In this document: positions 1-8,568 of the stretch, one piece after another
How positions within the stretch are numbered: the stretch's first letter is position 1
How the letters are laid out: each line of letters begins with the position of its first letter
From: Candidatus Nanopelagicales bacterium
Lineage (GTDB): Bacteria > Actinomycetota > Actinomycetes > S36-B12
Length of the DNA: 40,151 nucleotides
Direction: 5' to 3'
Assembly: GCA_040261955.1 (NCBI GenBank)
Contig: JBDQMZ010000133.1
Location: 1-40,151, forward strand
Notes under the pieces: model-generated
Database searches by the model: none
What the model saw: only the letters and a program-made list of their open reading frames with translations
Told to the model about the DNA's origin: nothing
Position numbers and translations under genes: made by a program

Positions 1-78
1 GTTATTTCCTGCGCGGTCGTGATCGGCATATTTGCACCGCTGGCAATCAGAAAATACCGGAGCGCTAGCAGGCGTTAA
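1..78 (+). CDS. 3' end of a CDS entering from the left window edge (C-terminal transmembrane helix plus basic tail)
   Basis: Frame 1 is open from base 1 to TAA at 76-78 and reads VISCAVVIGIFAPLAIRKYRSASRR. This is a hydrophobic helix followed by a basic tail. It is too short for a family call. Confidence 0.3.
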   Translation, partial: VISCAVVIGIFAPLAIRKYRSASRR

Positions 79-87
79 CTCTGCCCG

Positions 88-570
88 CTAGGCGTAATCC
101 TCAACTTTAAGAACCTCAACCTGCATTTGTTTTCCATTGGCAAGTTCATAACTTGTGGAGTCTCCAACGCGTTTGCCGAGAACTGCTGCGCCGAGCGGTG
201 AAGTTGGTGAGTACACATCAATGGATGCATGTGCCGCTTCCTCGCGGGAGCCAAGGAGGAAGGTCTCTTCCTCATCAAAGTTGACAAGACGAACTGTTAT
301 GACCTTGCCGTGCGAGACTTCATCGGGCGCAGCATCAGGGACACCGATTTGTGCATTCTCGAGTAGTTGCTTGAGCTGGCGCACACGTGCTTCATTTTTG
401 CCTTGCTCTTCCCGTGCCGCGTGATACCCACCATTTTCTTTGAGGTCGCCTTCTTCGCGGGCAGCCTCGATGCGTTTGGTGATTTCAACACGCTTGGATC
501 CTTGGCGCTCTTCGAGCTCGGCGCTTAATCGGTCATGAGCTTCTTGAGTCAGCCAGGTAACTTCAGTCAT
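88..570 (-). CDS. greA: Transcription elongation factor GreA
   Basis: 160 aa. The N-terminal coiled-coil region (WLTQEAHDRLSAELEE...REEGDLKENGGYHAAREEQ) and the C-terminal FKBP-like domain (SPLGAAVLGKRVGD) are typical of GreA. It lies next to DUF4307 and mca, as in other actinobacteria. Confidence 0.95.
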   Translation of the reverse strand: MTEVTWLTQEAHDRLSAELEERQGSKRVEITKRIEAAREEGDLKENGGYHAAREEQGKNEARVRQLKQLLENAQIGVPDAAPDEVSHGKVITVRLVNFDEEETFLLGSREEAAHASIDVYSPTSPLGAAVLGKRVGDSTSYELANGKQMQVEVLKVEDYA

Positions 571-607
571 GGTGAAACCCTAGTACGGAATGGAAATTAC
601 TGGAACT

Positions 608-1084
608 TCATTCTGACCAAGGCTGCATAGGCGGCGCAACTCCCGCCGGAAATTGTGGTCCAGGGACTCGGGTGGGTTCTCCTTGTGAGACGCAAGTCAA
701 AACTTCAGCGGTGTAGGCGGGAGCCAGTGTGCGTAGTGGATATGTCAACTGGTTGTAGTCCGAACCGCTAGGAACATCCACTTCGACGTATCCCACATCA
801 ATTCGGTTCTTGTCCTGGGCCCGCAGTACGCAGGTGACCGCTAGATCTGCAGGTTTACGCACCTCAAAATTGATATCCACCTTCTCTGGTGAACTTGCGT
901 CCCAAGCCAAGAGGCGAAACTGGATATTCTTTTGAGCAAGTGAAAATGTGACGAACATGATGGCGATAATGAAAATGGAGATGGCGCCACCCACGAGGAT
1001 GTTCCGCATGATGGGGCGTCGATCCATTCCATATCTCTCCTGCATGGCTGGAGAGAGTTGATCCTTTCGAAAGGGACTCGCCAT
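608..1084 (-). CDS. DUF4307-like single-pass membrane protein
   Basis: 158 aa. An N-terminal RYG motif is followed by one TM helix (ILVGGAISIFIIAIMFV) and a beta-rich extracytoplasmic domain. It occupies the conserved position between greA and mca. Confidence 0.7.
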   Translation of the reverse strand: MASPFRKDQLSPAMQERYGMDRRPIMRNILVGGAISIFIIAIMFVTFSLAQKNIQFRLLAWDASSPEKVDINFEVRKPADLAVTCVLRAQDKNRIDVGYVEVDVPSGSDYNQLTYPLRTLAPAYTAEVLTCVSQGEPTRVPGPQFPAGVAPPMQPWSE

Positions 1085-1126
1085 AGAGGCAGACTAGTGA
1101 AGTGAGAGACTTGTCTCGTGCATGAG

Positions 1127-1987
1127 ATGGCAAATAATGATTCACTCCGTTTGATGGCGGTTCACGCTCACCCAGATGATGAGTCCAGTAAAGGTGCTGC
1201 TGTCATGGCCCGTTATGTAGCTGAGGGCGTTGAAGTCATGGTGGTGACATGCACGGGTGGCGAGCGCGGCGATGTTCTCAACCCAGCCGCCCAGCAGCGA
1301 GTTGACAAACTCGGCATCCATGAAGTCCGACGCCAAGAGATGGCAGAGGCTGCACAAATCTTGGGTGTTCAACATGAGTGGCTTGGTTTCATGGACTCAG
1401 GTTTCACCGAGGGCGAGCCATTGCCTCATGATGCTTTTGCATTAGTACCCCTTGAAGTGAGCGTCCCACCGCTCGTGAAACTCATCAGACAATTTCGCCC
1501 ACAGGTCGTTACAACTTATGACGAAAATGGGGGATACCCGCATCCCGATCACATTCAGACACACGTTGTGACCATGGCTGCGGTGGAGCAGGCAGCAGAT
1601 CCTGATCTCTTTCCAGAGTTTGGGTCCGCATTTCAGGTTCTCAAGGTCTATTACAATCAGCAGTTTCACAAAGCGCGAGTTGTTGCCCTACATGAAACTC
1701 TGATCGAGGCTGACATCGAGTCACCATATGAAGAGTGGTTAAAGAACTGGGAAGACAAGCCCGACGATGCTCATCGGATCACCACGAAGGTCCATGCTGC
1801 AGATTTTTTTCATATTCGAGATTCCGCACTAAAGGCGCACGCTACTCAAATTGAGCCGGACGGTCGCTGGTTTGCCGTTTCACTTGATCTGCAGAAATCT
1901 GCTTGGCCCACTGAAGATTTTCAAAGGGCTCTCAGTCATGTAGAAGCTCCTGAGCAAGAAGATGATCTCTTTGCGGGAATCCGCTAG
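1127..1987 (+). CDS. mca: Mycothiol S-conjugate amidase (LmbE/PIG-L family)
   Basis: Motifs [37 protein letters not shown] and RDSALKAHATQI, plus a C-terminal LFAGI, align closely with my recollection of mycobacterial Mca. The ORF opens at GTG 1118. ATG 1127 gives an N-terminus matching Mca, but the start is uncertain. Confidence 0.9.
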   Translation: MANNDSLRLMAVHAHPDDESSKGAAVMARYVAEGVEVMVVTCTGGERGDVLNPAAQQRVDKLGIHEVRRQEMAEAAQILGVQHEWLGFMDSGFTEGEPLPHDAFALVPLEVSVPPLVKLIRQFRPQVVTTYDENGGYPHPDHIQTHVVTMAAVEQAADPDLFPEFGSAFQVLKVYYNQQFHKARVVALHETLIEADIESPYEEWLKNWEDKPDDAHRITTKVHAADFFHIRDSALKAHATQIEPDGRWFAVSLDLQKSAWPTEDFQRALSHVEAPEQEDDLFAGIR

Positions 1988-2034
1988 GTAACGAGGCACA
2001 ACAAAAAGCACTGCTCAACAGATAAAGGATTACC

Positions 2035-2259
2035 ATGGAAACTGAGCCAGACCTTCAAACCATCATTGATGGCGCAGGGCCGATAGCGGGCCTATTTGTG
2101 TTACTTGTTGGCATTGCGCTTGTTCTATTGTGGCTTAACATGAATCGTCAGATGAAGCGCATCAACCCTGAGTTGCCCAAAGGAAAAAATGAATTGCGGG
2201 TAGAGCAGGAATTGGCGGATATTTCTGAAGACAAAGAAACTGATGAGAAGTCGGAATAG
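2035..2259 (+). CDS. Small membrane protein (one TM helix, acidic C-terminal tail)
   Basis: 74 aa. An AAGGA-like Shine-Dalgarno (SD, ribosome-binding) sequence lies about 6 nt upstream. The TM helix is IAGLFVLLVGIALVLLWL and the tail is rich in E, D and K. No family was recognised. Confidence 0.5.
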   Translation: METEPDLQTIIDGAGPIAGLFVLLVGIALVLLWLNMNRQMKRINPELPKGKNELRVEQELADISEDKETDEKSE

Positions 2260-2980
2260 GTATCTGAATGAGTTGTTCAAGCCGGTCAGCATCGTTGTTG
2301 CCCTGCTTCTCGTAGGTGTTTGTGTCCTCTTTTTCTTTTTGGGCAAATGGCAATGGGATAGAACCCAGAATATTCTCAATGCTGAGCGCGCCGCTGCCGC
2401 CGCAGTAGTCCCAGCCCCCGATGTCCTTGGCCCGGAACTTGACCCATCTGATTTTGGTCGCACCGTCGTTGCTAGTGGTTCCTACGACGCAACCCACATG
2501 GCACGCATTGGTAATCGACTTTCGGGTGGTGGTGACAACGCGAATGTTGGACAGTGGATTGTGAGTGATTTTGAGTTGGACACGGGCGAACATGTTGCGG
2601 TGTTGCGCGGATGGGTCCCCCCGGATGGAACCTACTCAACGCCGAGCGGAGAGGTTGAACTTCGAGCCGTTGTTCAACCCGATGAAGCCTTCTATGAGGG
2701 CTCGAAACAAATAGATGGTGTCTATGCAGTGATTGACTCAGCTGTCCTTTCGAGTGAATGGGGTGTCACGCTCTCCGACGGATTCCTGGTTGTCGAATCA
2801 GAATTTCCCGCGTCCCCTGATGCGCCGAAAGTTGTTCCACCCACGATTCAGACGGCCGAGGTTGCCTTTCCTCTCCAAAACTTCTTTTACGCTGTCCAGT
2901 GGTGGATCTTCGCCTTGTTTGCAGTCGCGCTCTATGTTCGCTGGATCATGGTCTCGAGCAGGCAAAAAGAGATTCGCTAG
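2243..2980 (+). CDS. SURF1-family protein (cytochrome oxidase assembly-like)
   Basis: 245 aa with an N-terminal TM helix followed by the LGKWQWDR motif, a central periplasmic domain and a C-terminal TM helix (YAVQWWIFALFAVALYV). This is the classic SURF1 topology. Confidence 0.75.
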   Translation: MRSRNRYLNELFKPVSIVVALLLVGVCVLFFFLGKWQWDRTQNILNAERAAAAAVVPAPDVLGPELDPSDFGRTVVASGSYDATHMARIGNRLSGGGDNANVGQWIVSDFELDTGEHVAVLRGWVPPDGTYSTPSGEVELRAVVQPDEAFYEGSKQIDGVYAVIDSAVLSSEWGVTLSDGFLVVESEFPASPDAPKVVPPTIQTAEVAFPLQNFFYAVQWWIFALFAVALYVRWIMVSSRQKEIR

Positions 2981-2989
2981 ATTTGGCTC

Positions 2990-3895
2990 ATGATCCAAGT
3001 TATGGGTGAGGCCCTCATCGACATCATTGTGAACACAGAGGGGGAAGTTGACTCAGTCGTGGGCGGTGGACCCCTTAACACCGCGCGCACCATTGCTCGC
3101 TTAGGTCACGAAGTTGAATTCATTGGTGGAATCTCGCAAGATGCATTTGGTCGCCGAATCCAGCGTTTGCTGGAAGCTGATGGAGTCAAACAGGCGATAG
3201 TCCCACTCTTGCCGGAACCATCAACTCTCGCTATTGCATCACTCGATGAAAGTGGCGCTGCCACGTATCGATTCATGATGGACAATACGGCCGCAAGTTC
3301 GGTATCCGTAGACATGGCAGTTGATGCACTCAACGTCAACGCTCGAGCAATCCACATTGGCACGCTCGCCTTAGTCCTCACCCCACTGACCGACGCTGTA
3401 TGTGCGGTGACGAATGCCCTTGGGAGTGATCAAATCCTGATGGTTGATCCCAATGCGCGTCCCAGCGTTATGGCCGACTCTCGCATTTTTGATGAAACGG
3501 TAGGGCACGTGATCAATCGAGCGAACATCATCAAGGTAAGTGGGGATGATCTTGCGTTCATGTCACCCAGTGTGGACTCAAATCGAGCGGCCCAGCAATT
3601 ACACGATCTAACGGGCGCAATTGTGCTCTTCACTGACGGCGCCCAAGCTCTGAACGTTTTCGTTGGTGGGGCCAAGGAAATTGTTGCTGTGCCACCCGTT
3701 GAGGTCGTTGACACCGTGGGTGCGGGTGATTCTTTCAGTGGTGGATTCCTTGCCTTTTGGGCTCAGAATAATTATGTGCAGTCTGATCTCGCATCCATGG
3801 AAAAGGTACTCGCTGCCACTGAATTTGGCATCAGGGTCGCGGGGGTAACCTGTCAACGAGCGGGTGCCCAACCTCCGTTCGCGCATGAACTTTGA
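2990..3895 (+). CDS. PfkB-family carbohydrate kinase (fructokinase-like)
   Basis: 301 aa. The N-terminal GEALIDIIV...GGGPLNTA and the C-terminal ATP/anion-hole motif DTVGAGDSFSGGFL are typical of PfkB. ATG 3002 is an alternative start. Confidence 0.9.
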   Translation: MIQVMGEALIDIIVNTEGEVDSVVGGGPLNTARTIARLGHEVEFIGGISQDAFGRRIQRLLEADGVKQAIVPLLPEPSTLAIASLDESGAATYRFMMDNTAASSVSVDMAVDALNVNARAIHIGTLALVLTPLTDAVCAVTNALGSDQILMVDPNARPSVMADSRIFDETVGHVINRANIIKVSGDDLAFMSPSVDSNRAAQQLHDLTGAIVLFTDGAQALNVFVGGAKEIVAVPPVEVVDTVGAGDSFSGGFLAFWAQNNYVQSDLASMEKVLAATEFGIRVAGVTCQRAGAQPPFAHEL

Positions 3896-3913
3896 TCTAT
3901 ATAGAGTCTCTAC

Positions 3914-4264
3914 ATGAATAAGATTCCCAGCGCACTTCTTGCCTTCCGAATAATGGCTTGGGTGACGGGTGTCGTCCTGGCAAGTGCGACCGTGTGGGCG
4001 CTACTCGGCTATCTCCTGTGGGGTTACGCAGATGACGGTGGCAAACCCGGTCTCTACAGTTTGCTGTGGGTTGCGCATGGCTGGCTTTATTTCGCCTACC
4101 TCATTGCCGCTGTGAATTTAGCGTTCTTACTCCGCTTTCCCATCCTGAAAACCGTCGCATTGCTTCTCGCAGGAACAATTCCTTTTGCTTCATTTTATGC
4201 TGACTTTGTCATGCATCGTTATGTGCGAAATTTGCCGCAGACTAAGGCAGACACCAGTCAATAG
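3914..4264 (+). CDS. DUF3817-like integral membrane protein
   Basis: 116 aa with 3-4 TM helices. The AHGWLYFAYL and TIPFASF motifs resemble DUF3817. Confidence 0.6.
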   Translation: MNKIPSALLAFRIMAWVTGVVLASATVWALLGYLLWGYADDGGKPGLYSLLWVAHGWLYFAYLIAAVNLAFLLRFPILKTVALLLAGTIPFASFYADFVMHRYVRNLPQTKADTSQ

Positions 4265-4916
4265 ATTCTTGACCGCGTGAGACCAATATTGCATTGGTTC
4301 GGCTAAATGGTCGTGACCCAAAGAATCCTTTGCGCGCTGACAGCGGGCTCGGGTGGGTACTCCAAACCACTGGTGCTTGTTCCACAATAGGCAACAACTT
4401 TTGTGCGGGCTTTCCCCACAAAATGAAGACGGGCGGTAATGCCGCGTGGGCAAGCAATGCTGAGATCGCTGCCTCGGTGAACTCTTCCCAGCCGTGACCG
4501 TGATGTGATCCTGAGGCACCTGCTTGAACCGTGAGGACTCGATTGAGCAGGAGCACTCCTTGAGTGGCCCACGGGCGCAGGTCTCCCGTTGTTGGAGTTG
4601 GGCAGCCCAGATCTGTGGAGAGTTCTTGAAAAATATTAGACAGGCTTCGTGGAATTCGCACGCTTGGCTCAACACTGAAAGCGAGGCCGTGAGCATCGCC
4701 CCGCGTGGGATACGGATCTTGGCCCACGATAACGACTTTCACCGAATTGATTGGTTGAGAAAATGCACGCAAGACTTGATCATGTGGAGGCAAGCAGGTT
4801 CTGCCAACTTCATTTTCAGATTCAATAAAGAGCTCGATTGCTTCTAGTTTGTCCAAGTGGTCAGTGAGTGCAAGCTTCCATGACGTATCGAGTTGGTTGA
4901 CAAAAGGTGTGAGCAT
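4242..4916 (-). CDS. ung: Uracil-DNA glycosylase, family 1
   Basis: 224 aa. Motifs VVIVGQDPYP, AHGLAFSV, QGVLLLNRVLTV and HPSPLSA are present, and the sequence is collinear with my recollection of E. coli and M. tuberculosis Ung. The ATG shares one nucleotide with the modC stop (TAATG). Confidence 0.95.
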   Translation of the reverse strand: MLTPFVNQLDTSWKLALTDHLDKLEAIELFIESENEVGRTCLPPHDQVLRAFSQPINSVKVVIVGQDPYPTRGDAHGLAFSVEPSVRIPRSLSNIFQELSTDLGCPTPTTGDLRPWATQGVLLLNRVLTVQAGASGSHHGHGWEEFTEAAISALLAHAALPPVFILWGKPAQKLLPIVEQAPVVWSTHPSPLSARKGFFGSRPFSRTNAILVSRGQESIDWCLP

Positions 4917-5983
4917 TAGTCCAAACTCACCCCCGCTACCTCGATAGCTTTAACACTCGTCCAAACTCGTGACCCAACCTGAAGGTCCATGGAGTTCAGT
5001 GACGCGGGCGTTATCGTCGCCGAGAGAGTAACTGCACCGCGAATGACCAGCCGCACTCGATCGAGAGTTTGCTGAATGTCACTAACCTCACCCTCCCAGA
5101 CGTTGCGGGGGCTTCCCTCCGGCATGGTCAAGTGAACAGAGACGGTATCTGGCCGAATGATCGCTGCCGCCGATCCAGAAAGTTGGGAATTGTCCGTGGT
5201 GATGGATTCTCCGTCTGGCGTTGTAATAACTCCATGAGTCGCTGTACCACTTATGAGTGTTACCCCCATCAGGGTTGCTGCGTAATCGGTTCTCGGTGAT
5301 TGAGCTATTTCACTAGGACTGCCAACTTGTGTGATCTGGCCACTTTCCAAGATTGCGATTTTGTCTGCGAGCAACAACGCATCAAGTGGATTGTGGGTCA
5401 CGATAATGGTCGAACCCTGAAATTTTTTGAGATGTTTGCCCAGTTCACTGCGAACATGGCCCGCAGTAACAGCATCGAGGGCGGAAAGTGGTTCGTCCAG
5501 GAGCAAGGCATCAGGATTCGTAGCCAGGGCTCGGGCAAGGGCCACTCGCTGGGCTTGGCCACCGGATAACTCAGCGGGGCGCTTGCGGGCGAGGTCTAAC
5601 AGGTCAAATTGGGCGAGTACGGCATCGGTGCTCTCGCGAGATTGGGCTTTCGACACTCCACGGCTGCGGGGACCGAAGGCAACATTCGCAGAAACTGAGA
5701 GATGTGGGAATAGCGCATAGTTCTGGAACACAACACCAATATTGCGGCTGTGAGCAGGTATGAAGCAATGCGCCGCCGGCGAGTCAAGTACCTGTCCGCC
5801 GATTTTGATCTCGCCCGAGGTGATTGAGATGAGCCCCGAAATCGACTGAAGTGCGGTGCTCTTGCCCGCGCCATTTGGACCGACAAGCGCTAACACTTCA
5901 CCGGGAGCAACCGATAATTTGCAGTCTAGTTGAAATTCATTTCGGTCAACCGTGAAGTCAGCACTCAAGCCTTGGTTCGTCAT
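4916..5983 (-). CDS. modC: Molybdate ABC transporter ATP-binding protein with C-terminal TOBE domain
   Basis: 355 aa with Walker A GPNGAGKST, signature LSGGQAQRV and Walker B LLLDEP, plus a C-terminal TOBE-like beta domain. It sits in an operon with modA and modB (ATGA overlap with modB). Confidence 0.85.
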   Translation of the reverse strand: MTNQGLSADFTVDRNEFQLDCKLSVAPGEVLALVGPNGAGKSTALQSISGLISITSGEIKIGGQVLDSPAAHCFIPAHSRNIGVVFQNYALFPHLSVSANVAFGPRSRGVSKAQSRESTDAVLAQFDLLDLARKRPAELSGGQAQRVALARALATNPDALLLDEPLSALDAVTAGHVRSELGKHLKKFQGSTIIVTHNPLDALLLADKIAILESGQITQVGSPSEIAQSPRTDYAATLMGVTLISGTATHGVITTPDGESITTDNSQLSGSAAAIIRPDTVSVHLTMPEGSPRNVWEGEVSDIQQTLDRVRLVIRGAVTLSATITPASLNSMDLQVGSRVWTSVKAIEVAGVSLD

Positions 5984-6786
5984 GTCAGACCTGACTTTAT
6001 GAATCTATCGCGCATTCCAAAAAGAGCAGCGAATGCAATTAGGAGCATGACCACACTCAACGAAATGGCCTGGTCGCGATCTATTTCGAGTGTGGAGTAA
6101 ACGGCAAGTGGCAGTGTTTGGGTAACGCCAGGAAAGTTGCCGGCAAAAGTCAGGGTTGCTCCGAATTCCCCGAGGGCCCGGGCCCAGGTGAGCAACGCAC
6201 CTGCGGCCAATGCAGGTGCGATCAGAGGTAATTGAATCCGGATAAATATGCGCATGCGAGAAGCTCCAAGTGTGCTCGCAGCATGTTCATAATCCTTGGA
6301 AAGTGAGCGCAGGGCACTTTCCACGGTGATTACCAAAAACGGCATCGCAACAAATGTTTGTGCAAGGACGACGCCTGTCGTGGTAAACGGCAATTGAACG
6401 CCAAACCAGTCATAGAGATAGGAACCTATGATGCCTCGGCGGCCGAATGCCATTAATAGTGCGACACCCCCCACTACAGGAGGAAGCACGAGGGGAATAA
6501 GAACCAAAACCCTTACAAAGGAAAGCCCTCGCATGTGCGAACGCGCCAGTATCAGAGCGAGCGGAACGCCTAGGAATATTGCGAAGACAGTCGCAGATAT
6601 TGATGTGACGATGGAAAGCCGGATTGCCTCAAGTGATGCGGGAGTGCTCAGAAGTGCAGGGAAATCGGACCAATTGACCGAACCCAAGAGCGAGAGAAGG
6701 GGAAGACCCAAGAAGGCAATGGCCACAAAACCCAGTGCCATGAGCAGTTTGGGAGATTGATCTATTGCCAGATTGCGAGTCTTCAC
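5980..6786 (-). CDS. modB: Molybdate ABC transporter permease
   Basis: 268 aa polytopic protein with the EAA-type loop (ASTLGASRMRIFIRIQLPL) of BPD-type permeases. Its GTG start overlaps the modA stop (GTGA). Confidence 0.85.
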   Translation of the reverse strand: MKTRNLAIDQSPKLLMALGFVAIAFLGLPLLSLLGSVNWSDFPALLSTPASLEAIRLSIVTSISATVFAIFLGVPLALILARSHMRGLSFVRVLVLIPLVLPPVVGGVALLMAFGRRGIIGSYLYDWFGVQLPFTTTGVVLAQTFVAMPFLVITVESALRSLSKDYEHAASTLGASRMRIFIRIQLPLIAPALAAGALLTWARALGEFGATLTFAGNFPGVTQTLPLAVYSTLEIDRDQAISLSVVMLLIAFAALFGMRDRFIKSGLT

Positions 6787-7544
6787 GGCGACATGAATCC
6801 TTCAGATTGGAGGACGTCAACACCGGTAGGGCCCAGAAGAAAGTCCAAAAATTCCTGTGCAGCGTTCTGAGTACTGGAGTCTTTGATCAATGCAATTTGA
6901 TAGTCCGTCGTGACATTCAATTCAGGGGGGATGGTGAATGCTACGACTTCATTCCCAGCAGCAATGGCGTCGGCTACATAGACGATACCTGCGTCGGCTT
7001 CATCGGTTATTACTTTATTGAGAACAGATTTAACATCTGGTTCTAAGGAAACGATATTTGCCGTCATGCCTGCTTTACTCAGGAATTTTTGCGCAGCTGC
7101 GCCGCAGGGAGCGCTCTCAGTACACACCACCGTGGAGACTTTCTGAATCGATTGGTAGTCCGTGACCTGACCTGTATTTGCTGCGGGAGTTATCACGATC
7201 AATTGATTGCGAGCGAAAGTTTTCGGTGATTCGACAAAGTTTGAAATTTGATCCATTGTGGCTTTGGAGGCAGATGCGAAAACATCGACAGGGGCGCCTG
7301 CGGCGATTTGCTCCGCGAGTGCGCCACTGCCGCCAAAGTTCACTTTGATTTCAATGTCCGGGTGTTCCGCTTCAAATCGTTCTGCCAGAGAGGTAAATGC
7401 TGTGTTCAGCGATGCGGCAGCGGAGATGGTCACGGTCGTACTTATCGCAGGGTCCGAATCATTAGCTGTTGAACATGCGGACACCGTCACCACAGAGAAT
7501 GCAGACACAATGGCCAGTGGGAAAAATGTGCGCTTGCTAAACAA
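6783..7544 (-). CDS. modA: Molybdate-binding lipoprotein (periplasmic binding protein)
   Basis: 253 aa with a signal peptide and lipobox (VTVSAC). The ModA-like motif is FGGSGALAEQIAAGAPVDVFASAS. The start at 7544 is TTG with no obvious SD, so the start is uncertain. Confidence 0.85.
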   Translation of the reverse strand: MFSKRTFFPLAIVSAFSVVTVSACSTANDSDPAISTTVTISAAASLNTAFTSLAERFEAEHPDIEIKVNFGGSGALAEQIAAGAPVDVFASASKATMDQISNFVESPKTFARNQLIVITPAANTGQVTDYQSIQKVSTVVCTESAPCGAAAQKFLSKAGMTANIVSLEPDVKSVLNKVITDEADAGIVYVADAIAAGNEVVAFTIPPELNVTTDYQIALIKDSSTQNAAQEFLDFLLGPTGVDVLQSEGFMSP

Positions 7545-7923
7545 TGTCGATCACGACGTTCGTAGCTTTTACGGTGGCGGCCGCAGGAACCCCCACTTCA
7601 AGTTTCAATTCATCTGCGGCTTCCCGTGACATGAGCGAGATGACTCGATGCGGGCCCGCTTGGATCTCAACAAGTGCCATTACGCCGTCTCGCTCCACGC
7701 GGGTAACGATCCCCGGGAACCGATTTCGAGCACTTTGCGGTGGAGCGTCGGGGTCCTCGATTCGGCCCTCGCCCAGTACCGCGGCTACATCGGCACCGTT
7801 GACCTCAGTGCGGCCTCCCTTGGGATGGCGAGCCCGTAAGCGTCCTGCATCGATCCAGCGGCGTACCGTGTCTTGGCTTACTCCGAGTAGTTCGGCGGCT
7901 GTAGAAACCCGCAAGTACGTCAT
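7537..7923 (-). CDS. Excisionase/MerR-type HTH fused to a single Mop/TOBE domain (putative molybdate-responsive regulator)
   Basis: 128 aa. The N-terminus (VSTAAELLGVSQDTVRRWIDAGRL) is an HTH_17-type helix-turn-helix. The C-terminus (RNRFPGIVTRVERDGVMALVEIQAG...VKATNVVI) is a Mop/TOBE fold. It is the first gene of the mod operon. Confidence 0.8.
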   Translation of the reverse strand: MTYLRVSTAAELLGVSQDTVRRWIDAGRLRARHPKGGRTEVNGADVAAVLGEGRIEDPDAPPQSARNRFPGIVTRVERDGVMALVEIQAGPHRVISLMSREAADELKLEVGVPAAATVKATNVVIDIV

Positions 7924-8025
7924 TTATTGACCATATTCGCTGTATTTGCGTTTGTCAATCCTGATTTATGAGGCAAATGCTGTCTGAATTGCGGCCCATT
8001 GTCGAGTACCGCATGGTGTGCCAAT

Positions 8026-8040
8026 ACCCGTTTAACGGGT
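8026..8040. promoter_or_regulatory. 15-bp palindrome ACCCGTT-T-AACGGGT upstream of nfeD
   Basis: Read directly from the sequence: perfect 7-bp arms with a 1-nt spacer, about 60 bp upstream of the likely nfeD start. Its function is unknown. Confidence 0.25.
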
Positions 8041-8098
8041 TATGGTGAACATGTTGAACCGAGTGAAAATAGGTATTTGTGAGGCGGAGGTGAGCACC

Positions 8099-8533
8099 AT
8101 GGTGTGGGCATGGGTAGTTGTTGCCGCAGTCGCTCTCGGCCTGGAGTTAGTCACAGCAACCTTTTATCTCGGTCTAGTCGCAGTGGGTGCCGTTGCAGGA
8201 GTAATCACGGCAGCGGTTGGCGCACCGGTGCTCGTTCAAGGCGGCGTGGTCGCAGGCGTTTCCCTCGCGGGAATTTTGTTTGTGCGACCTGTTGCTGCTC
8301 GGCACATGCACCGCATGCCCATGCTTTCCAGAACAGGTGTTGACGCACTAAAAGGCATGGAGGCCCTCACCATGACGGAAATCAACAGCGCCGATGGTCG
8401 CATCCGATTGAACGGGGAAGTGTGGAGCTCTCGATTGGATCGAGACTTGAGCGATGAAGTAATTCCCGCAGGTGCGCGCGTTTGTGTTTCTCGAATAGAC
8501 GGTGCAACCGCACTGGTCTACCCACTCGACTAA
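8099..8533 (+). CDS. NfeD-family membrane protein
   Basis: N-terminal TM helices (VWAWVVVAAVALGLELV...) and a C-terminal OB-fold (GEVWSSR...GARVCVSRIDGATALVYP) fit NfeD. A strong SD (GGAGGTG) lies 6 nt before ATG 8099. The six-frame ORF opens earlier, at 8042. It sits immediately upstream of the SPFH gene, the classic pairing. Confidence 0.8.
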   Translation: MVWAWVVVAAVALGLELVTATFYLGLVAVGAVAGVITAAVGAPVLVQGGVVAGVSLAGILFVRPVAARHMHRMPMLSRTGVDALKGMEALTMTEINSADGRIRLNGEVWSSRLDRDLSDEVIPAGARVCVSRIDGATALVYPLD

Positions 8534-8568
8534 TAAATGCTCGATCAACAATTGAGAAGGAGAAGTAC

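Noticed and set aside
7544-7930. A 128-aa plus-strand ORF that exactly mirrors the 128-aa minus-strand HTH-Mop regulator. Similar long antisense or alternate-frame ORFs occur at 21052-21492, 22613-23290, 15550-16005, 37177-37686, 4190-4696 and 18882-19379.
   Set aside because: Their translations are low-complexity and rich in Ser, Arg, Pro and Ala. They have no recognisable motifs and no SD. In every case the opposite or alternate frame encodes a protein with strong family signatures. Long shadow ORFs are expected from GC3-biased coding sequence.
8482-8568. N-terminal extensions offered by the six-frame track for SPFH (8482), nfeD (8042), glpX (21518), xseB (22295), ychF (26393), the ACT-GNAT gene (29812), the small membrane protein (9701) and the Rpf-like gene (16213).
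   Set aside because: The extensions overlap upstream genes or lack family-consistent sequence. Internal starts have good SD sequences and give N-termini typical of the families. The true starts remain unverified.
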